From Thelocarpon superellum (taxonomy: Eukaryota), in the NCBI GenBank assembly GCA_026025795.1, contig JAPEUG010000022.1:62001-88944 (forward strand): a DNA stretch of 26,944 nucleotides, written 5' to 3'. The notes under the pieces are model-generated. The model made no database searches. It saw nothing but the letters and a program-made list of their open reading frames with translations, and was not told the DNA's origin. The first letter of the stretch is position 1; every line of letters begins with the position of its first letter. A program made the position numbers and the translations under genes. Below are positions 20,072-26,944 of the stretch, in pieces.

Positions 20072-21917
20072 CTAGTAGTTGTTCGCCGGAATGGGCTGGC
20101 ACATGTAGGTTGATCCCCCGGGAATGCTGATGGTGAAATTGCCGCTCGAGGTGGGCACGCCTCCCGAGTTGCCAGCTGACATGGTCCCACTCTGGCCGCC
20201 AGTCGATAGCCCCGACCCTGACCCAGAGGAAAAACCCGCGGCACCCTGGACGCCAGAGCCGCTTGGCGGGTTGACACTGTTCACCGCTCCACCATTTTGG
20301 GCTACACCACCCTGGCCAGCACCACCCTGGCCAGTACCACCCTGGCCAGCATCACCCTGGCCAGCACCATCCTGGCCTCCACCGTTGCCGCTGACGCTGT
20401 TTCCTGCCCCACCAGTAGGATTCCCACCGCTGGGGATTCCACCGCCGGTGGACGGGCCACCACCAATGGATGGGCCACCACCGGAAGCCGAACTCCCGCC
20501 GGGTCCAGTGGTATAGTAGTTGTTGTTGTTGACAACAGTCGAGATTGAGACGGCCAAGGCAAAGGCCTGTGCCTTGGCGGGCGTGTATGGAGCGGTGGTA
20601 TTGATCTGCGTCCCAGCTGGGGCGGCAACCGGCGGGGGCGTCGTGCCATTGACACAGTACCTGGCGCGTTCATCAGCAACGTCGCGACTCGAGTGCATTC
20701 CCCGGAATGAGAGCGATGAGGACATACGCAAGACCTGATTGCAACGCCGCAGAAGACACGTTGAGCGACGGATTCCACGTGTCCAGCTGTTGATCCGAGA
20801 CACTGTAACCTTGTTCCAGCGACTGGCAGGTATCGCCATCCTTCACCACATGCCAATTGTAACAGCTACCAGCAGCGCCTTGAGCAACGGGTGCAGGCGC
20901 GCCAATTGGGGTGCTGCTGTTCCAATTCGTCGTGGGCTCCACGCAGTAGGCCGCCCCCGCAACGAGTTGTACCGTCGGCCCAACGGAGGGGTTCATCAGG
21001 CCAAAAATGTTGATGGGTAATGTGAAGTTATGCGTCACCTCGAGCCCGGTATCCCCTACCTTAGCCGTGTACCACATTCCACAATCATGCGTACTGTTGG
21101 CCGCCTCATTCGGAGGTGCGGGTTGAGAGGATGAGGCATAGGTGATCGCCGTCGACTTGACCGAGTACGCCGGTGGCGGCGAAATGCAGTAACGAGCGCC
21201 AGGGATCAAGTTGGTGCAGTCGGAGTTCACGGTCAGATTGTTGAACGATTCAAACTGGGCAACGGACACATTGGAGAACTTGTCGTGGATGCTGTCGCAC
21301 GTATCCGAATCCAAGACCAAGTAAGTTGCGCAGTCTTGCGGAAGACATCTGTCACCTGTCAGCCACGGAGCGTCAACCCGGGCGCCCACGCATCCTACTC
21401 ACAGCTGCATGCCGGGGAAGAGGGTGGCGCAGTTGTCATCGAGCCCGTTCGTCTCGATGATGGCCGGGGCCGTAATGCCATATCTGGCAGCGATCTTCAC
21501 ACACGTGTCGTTCGTTACCACGGTGTAATTCTGCCCACCGGGGCATGAGGCCGGAACAAAGTCGGGGGTCGCGCTAGAGTTGGAGCTCGTGGTATTCGCA
21601 CCCGGTTCAGAGGAGTTGAATCCTTGCGGCTGCACCTGAGCCACAGAGGCGTTCGAAGGCTGCGAGCCATCCTGCACTTGCGTTCGGTTGAGAGTTGCGT
21701 TGAGCCCCGCACCAAAGCGCAAGGCGGGCGGCTGGCCTGACATGCCCCCCTGATTCATGACGGAATTGGACACTTGGATAGTCGTGCCATGATTACCTAT
21801 GGCGGTGTCGCCGTTGTTCACCGCCGCCGCATCCTGGGCCATGGCGAAGGGGGGGGCAAATGCAGTCAGGAGCAGCGTGCCCACGCAGGCGAGGCGCTGA
21901 ATAGACATGGCGGACAT
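20072..21917 (-). CDS. Secreted LysM-domain (CBM50) protein with four LysM repeats and a Gly-rich C-terminal tail, 574 aa; exons 21917-21403, 21348-20728, 20660-20072
   Basis: Signal peptide. LysM units C..NYTVVTNDTC..N..C..L..G.QLC, C.TYLV...DTC...N..C.NL.PG..YC, C..WYTAK.GDT...NPS...G.AYC, C.NWHVVKDGDTC...WNPSL...G.AYC. Introns GTGAGT..CTGAC..CAG and GTATGT..CTGAT..CAG are in phase. Confidence 0.92.
20291..20380 (-). repeat. 15-bp coding tandem repeat x6 encoding (x-G-Q-G-G)-type pentapeptides
   Basis: Plus-strand unit ACCACCCTGGCCAGC at 20306, 20321, 20336, 20351, 20366 plus a degenerate unit at 20291; protein GGQDGAGQGDAGQGGTGQGGAGQGGVAQNG. Confidence 0.9.
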
Positions 21918-22118
21918 GAGGAAGGTGCTTAACAGGAAATGATCGTGCTCGGGGGCAGAGGAGAGGCGAAGGAGCTGGCAGACAAGTTAACGAAGGTAAG
22001 CACGAAGAGAACCACGATCCGACCGACAGCAGGAAAAGAAAGGACGCGCTTCTGTGTGGGCAGGGGGAGAAACGCCGTGGAAGAGCGAAGGTGGCGGTCG
22101 GACGTGAATCTCCAGTGA

Positions 22119-22124
22119 TATATA
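22119..22124 (-). promoter_or_regulatory. Putative TATA element of the LysM gene
   Basis: TATATA about 200 bp upstream of the ATG at 21917 in GC-rich DNA, followed on the minus strand by a pyrimidine-rich leader. Confidence 0.4.
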
Positions 22125-25100
22125 CATAGAGTCATGACAGGCTTGGGCCCAGCGCAAGCGCGCCGTCCCACTGTTTGACGAAAGAAACATCGAGCTCGAC
22201 GACGAGTGTCTCATGTGTGGTCTCTTCCGAATCCTCATCCATGTGCTCGAACCGAAACGAGATCGTGGAAACCATGCGCATGTTCACGGATGCCATGCTG
22301 GTGGACGGCGGGACTATGCCACCGATGCCATGACCGCTGACGGGTAGGAGAGGCGGAGCGGACGGGTGTAGCGATGGTGTCGGCAGCTATCGTCTAGCCC
22401 CGTGGCCAGGCACACGAGCTGCCTCGTTGTCCATGCTCAAGGTCCATGCCTTGGATTCATGCGGCGGGCGAAGCTCCGTGGAGTTTGAAACCGTGGTCAA
22501 ATGCGCATGAAGCGTCGCTGTGCTTGCTCCCTCACAGCGAGCACTTAGCGTGCTTCAGACTCGGGAGATTTCAAGTGTGGACGAGGTCCAGCTGCCTCAT
22601 GCCTCTCAATACCACCGGAATAGCAACAATGTCGTCATTGCCATGCCTGCCCTCGTCCCTTCGCCCCGCCCGTGGCTATTCAGGCCAGACCTTTGCATGG
22701 TTGATGGTAATGCAAGTCCCATCTAAGCATCACAGCCTTATGTCGCATGGTCGTGAATCTAATCCTTACGTACTCGCGATTACTTAAAGACTTGGCGTTT
22801 CTGCAGGAGTTTACGGCTTCCAAGCAGCTCTGTAAGCTCCGCTGCTACGCCCGACAATCAGTCGCATCGTGCGGCCTCGTTGAAGATGTTGTGGCGTCAT
22901 CCGCGGACGAAGGATGCGAAAGTTGGACGAGCACTGCGCGTAGACCGGCTCTTCGACCGAAGTAGTTGAGCGCTGGCTCGACCAAGCGAGAGTTGGAGGA
23001 CTTCTGTTGGAGGTGGGTGATACGGCTACTCGTATCGCATGAAGTACATCCTGAGAGGCCTGTAGTAGCTACTCAGGGCAAGACGATTCTTGGTTCGGGA
23101 GAGGAATGCGCTGGTAGCCGCAATCGGAGAACTGCTCCTGCTTTGTCCCATTCTTGCTCGATGAACTCTCTGTCCGATGGATGGGGCACAAGAGAGGTTG
23201 ACATGGACATCACGGCACATGTTCCGGAAGTCTCCAGGAGTGTTTGGTAAGGTGCCTGCGGCGACCGGGAGAACCCTGGATCTCGCGTCCCCATGCCGTG
23301 CGCCGCGCGCCGTTGCTTGCCCGATGCCCAGATGCAACGCCGAGCCGCCACATCACAGCCGGTCACGGGAGGGCTTGCTGAGATGGCTTGCGGAGCGGAC
23401 TTAATACAAGGTCGGTCATGGGAGCATCCCAGAAACTTGAGTGACGCTGCCCGTTGCCATCGGGCTCACCGCAGATTAAAGGGCCAATGACTAAGGTGCG
23501 GGCGACCTGACAATGCAGAATGACGCACAGGACCGCATGTGATTGGGTGTCTCTTGCATGCCCGTGCAGGTCATTGCGTCCACCTGTCGGCCACCCTTGA
23601 CGGTAGACGCACCTGACGAAGGACACCACTTAGCCACCAGTAGCGCGACCTGAGTTGATGCGCACCTGACGCCTGGACTGCACGAAGGATGATGCTCGGG
23701 CGAAGGGCCAAAGGGAGGCTGCTAGCCGTGGTGTCGGATAAAATTGATCAGTCAGTCCGCACCCACATCTGCTACAGAGGATGTGCATAACGGCTTTGAA
23801 ACGGATTCGTGCATGGGGTGGTGACGAGGCTGCGGTCGTAGGCGCTGTTTAATGCTTGACGAGTCCGCGCCAACGACTCATATTCGCGTGCCTCGACTGG
23901 TACCGCACCGTACCTTCTCCGCTGTCGTGACTTGCCATGTCCCTCGTCGTTGTCGTGGCTGCGCTTTCCAATCCACTCGTACGAAGTCGATACTTTGTCT
24001 GCTCCGGGAACGATGGGATGGGATCGGCGGACTTGAATCGACGCGATCCCTTTCTCTCTTCCTCTCGCGCCACAGCTCCCCTCCGTCCTTGAAAACGATC
24101 CTCGGAACCCTCCGTCACTCTGGCTTTCCGACATCATTTTGCACCGCCGCACCGGGACCCCGTACTGCTGTGCTTCCTCTCCCAATAATGGCAGCGAATA
24201 CGAACCACTCACTTTCCTTCCACACTTTCCTTAGGGGTCTGAGGGTCTACTTGTAGGGAGTCGGATACCAATCACAAGGCCGGCTGTGTCTCCGGGTGCT
24301 GTCCAAGTGTCGGGGCGGCGATATTTTGGAGAGCCTCGGTAAGGTACCAAAGTATCATGCTCGCTAGCCCAAGCCTTCGGCTGCGGAGCTAGCGAAGGCG
24401 ACAGTCAAAACAGGCTCGGCTGTCTCGAGCCCGTTGCAGCAAGGCACCGCAAGATCAGCGGCGGCGTTGCAGGCATCGGCCGCCACCGCACCCAGCCTGG
24501 GGTCTCGCGCCCACGGCTGATCACATCACCTGGCGATGGAGGCTCGCCGTCCGCCAGTAGCAGCACTTGTCCTTGTACTATGATCGAGGAATGCACCGAC
24601 TTGATCGGCTGCTGGCCGGGCCACGACTGCGACGTGCGGCGCGAACACATCGTATCGCCTGCGCACAACTTCATAACCATCCAGACCCGCCCGATCCCAC
24701 CTCGGGCCGCGATCCACTTCCCTTCTGGGCCGGCGTCGCGCGCCGGAATCTGATCCGATGCCCCTGCCTCCGTGGCCTGGCGCCGCCTCACGGCGTGCGC
24801 GCAGCACCACCACACCGCCACCCACCCACTCATCCACCGGGCGCCATGTCCTCCCCTCGCCCCATGCGGCGACACCGGTCATCCGGCCAGCTCGTTTCGC
24901 GGAAGCCAGGCAAGCGCCCGACGCACGGTTTTCGGTCGCAAGTAGCGGTGAGACGGGCCAGGGAGGAGGATGTTCCGATGCGATGGACAGGGCTTTCGGC
25001 AGTCGTCCCGAGTCCCCCGCCCTTAGATATTAGGTTTGGATCCAGCTTACGCCAAATCCGGGCTCTCGGGGCCCTCGTTGCTCACTGGATCTGTCCACGC

Positions 25101-26944
25101 AAAGTCTAATTCTCGCCTGGCGCGCACGCTCGCTGACTGGCCCTGAGCTGGACCTGACTGGCCCTGGAAGCCGCCTTCCTCCCGGTCGTACCTGTCCTTC
25201 CTCGCCGCTTCACCGCCGTCTGCAGCCCGCGCGTCGCTATCTCACCCTTTCGACGACGTCACATGGGCTCCACACGCCGGCAATTCACCTGCGTGGGGCC
25301 GAGGGAGAGCGATCCAGGCCAGCCAGCCAGCCAGGGTCAGGGCGACCCGAGCGTCTGGGTGGGTGTGTCATCCGTAACCGAGGCCAATGGGGTCCACCAG
25401 GCGTCCAATGAGGAAGGACAACGACGTTGTAGCCATATAAGGCGTCTGCTCATGTTCTCCAGAGCGCCTTCGCCCCACTCTCATCTCTCGACGGGCGACC
25501 ATGAGGTCTCACCGAGCGGCAGCTCGGTCCGATCATGGAGGTGCGCGGCCAGGTGCCACTTACAGGGCCGATCGAGCTCGTGGAGCGCGCGGCCCCTTCG
25601 TCCGCGTGGTAGGATTCCATGGTAACGCTCGCCCTCGCAAGCCTTCCCGGCTCCCCTAGGAGCGTACCACATCCCACGTCCCACAAAGGATGCCCGGAGC
25701 ACAGGTCCGGGAGGGACGAGGGACAAGGGGAGATTGTGGTGATTATTGATGGCTGACTGCCTCGCTACCGCTAGCTCGCTAGACCGCCAATGGCGAGAGG
25801 GTCCCAGGTGCGCGCCCCAGGCCGGGCGCTGCTCTGCGCCCGGGGAAGAGGGAGGGGCGGTTGAGGCAGCCAGGGCCCGGCGGCGGCGTACTCGTAAATC
25901 AGCGGTAAACAGCATCGCGCCAGTCATGTCGCCGCGTTGCCCGTTGGCACCGGCGCCGGCGCCCATCGCCCGGATCCGTTGGCGAGCGATCGCATTTTCG
26001 TGACATGGCCACGACAGGGATCATTCCGCGTCCGTCGAGCGAGCCTCGCAGCTGCATCTAGTCATTCGTGCAGCGAGCTTGGCTCGGTGAACCGCGTCTT
26101 CGGTGCTGGAATAGATGGCGTTTCACACAGGGGGGCCACGCTACACTCCCCGGCAGAGTTCAAGCCCCGAGCTTCGAGCCCAAACCCAAATCGATGGAGA
26201 AAAAAAAAAGAATGCACCCCAACGGCGGACGGCGGACCCAGGTGACGAATGGGACGACGGAAGGGCGGACGGCCAGCTGCGATGAAGAGCTGCCCCGTCC
26301 CTCGCCGACCCATCAGGCGGCCACCCCGATCGTCTCCTCCGATGCGCTGCAAGCCCAGCACCGACCACCAAAAGCAATATCGCAAATCCGCACTGGAGGG
26401 AGGTTCCCCTGACCACATCGCCCAGGTGCTACTTCCAAATGCTGCCACCCCACCCTTTCCCTCCCCTCTCGCCGGTCCCATACTACCGAACGCGGATGGC
26501 GGAAGGCCAGACGCCGTAATCCCTGGACCATGTCCATCGGCCGCCCTCATTGGCTCCCGGCCCGGTCGACGTAGGGCAGCTACAGAGGCTCCGTCTACCT
26601 TCCACGCCACTTCCTCCTTCTCTTGGGTAGGTGGACCCAGCCAGCCCATCTCATTCTAGCTCCATCACTTCTTGCCCTCCCTCCGCTCCGGCCCATTCCC
26701 CCCCCCCCGCCCGGGTCGTCGTTTCCCCCCAACCACTACGAGTATGATGTCGCTACCGCCGGGCAGTTGCACGACGGCCATGTCAACGCCCTGGGACACG
26801 GCAGATTCCACCCGACTTCTGTTTGCCCCGTCGCCGTCGCATTGGAATCTCGGCTCGCCATGGCCTTACCGGGGAGGCACGCTGGCGTCGCCGTCCTAGA
26901 GCGACCCAAAGTGACACGACCGCTGCCCGGCCCAGCGAGCCCTG

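Noticed and set aside
20291..20380. CRISPR-like or mobile-element repeat array
   Set aside because: Contiguous in-frame coding repeats with no spacers, in a eukaryotic locus with no cas or transposase sequence.
243..21917. Zymocin-like killer cluster linking the LysM gene with the toxin-like gene
   Set aside because: They are about 18 kb apart across housekeeping genes, and no GH18 chitinase is present in the window.
26199..26708. Poly-A run near 26199-26209 and poly-C run near 26698-26708 as retroelement tail or element ends
   Set aside because: Short homopolymers with no target-site duplication or element body evident.
22446..26899. Many 60-195 aa ORFs in the distal region
   Set aside because: They overlap in all frames, are R/P/A/G-rich as expected for random GC-rich DNA, and show no domains or exon chains.

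Overview
This is a GC-rich, intron-containing window from a filamentous ascomycete (Pezizomycotina-type GT-AG introns with CTRAC branch sites). It has three zones. (1) 0.2-6.3 kb is an accessory/decaying block: an unknown 675-aa secreted protein with Kex2-like dibasic sites and a very hydrophobic Gly-zipper C-terminal domain, a dienelactone hydrolase pseudogene, a 57-aa secreted 4-Cys peptide, and a 5'-truncated peroxisomal 4-coumarate-CoA-ligase-like pseudogene. (2) 6.3-19.2 kb is a compact housekeeping block: RPB5, BFR1, an AlkB-family 2OG-Fe(II) dioxygenase with a GRF zinc finger, PEX7 (GC-AG intron), a ~918-aa disordered+vWA-like unknown protein, a small single-TM ORF, and an AKTIP/FTS-like inactive E2 variant. 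(3) 20-22 kb holds a secreted 4xLysM protein with a silk-like Gly-rich tail, followed by ~5 kb without recognisable genes. Exon structures were inferred by hand from splice signals and reading-frame continuity. Family assignments rest on recognised motifs; no database search was run. The best candidates for something new are the preprotoxin-like secreted protein, the Cys-rich peptide, the LysM/silk-like protein and the vWA locus.
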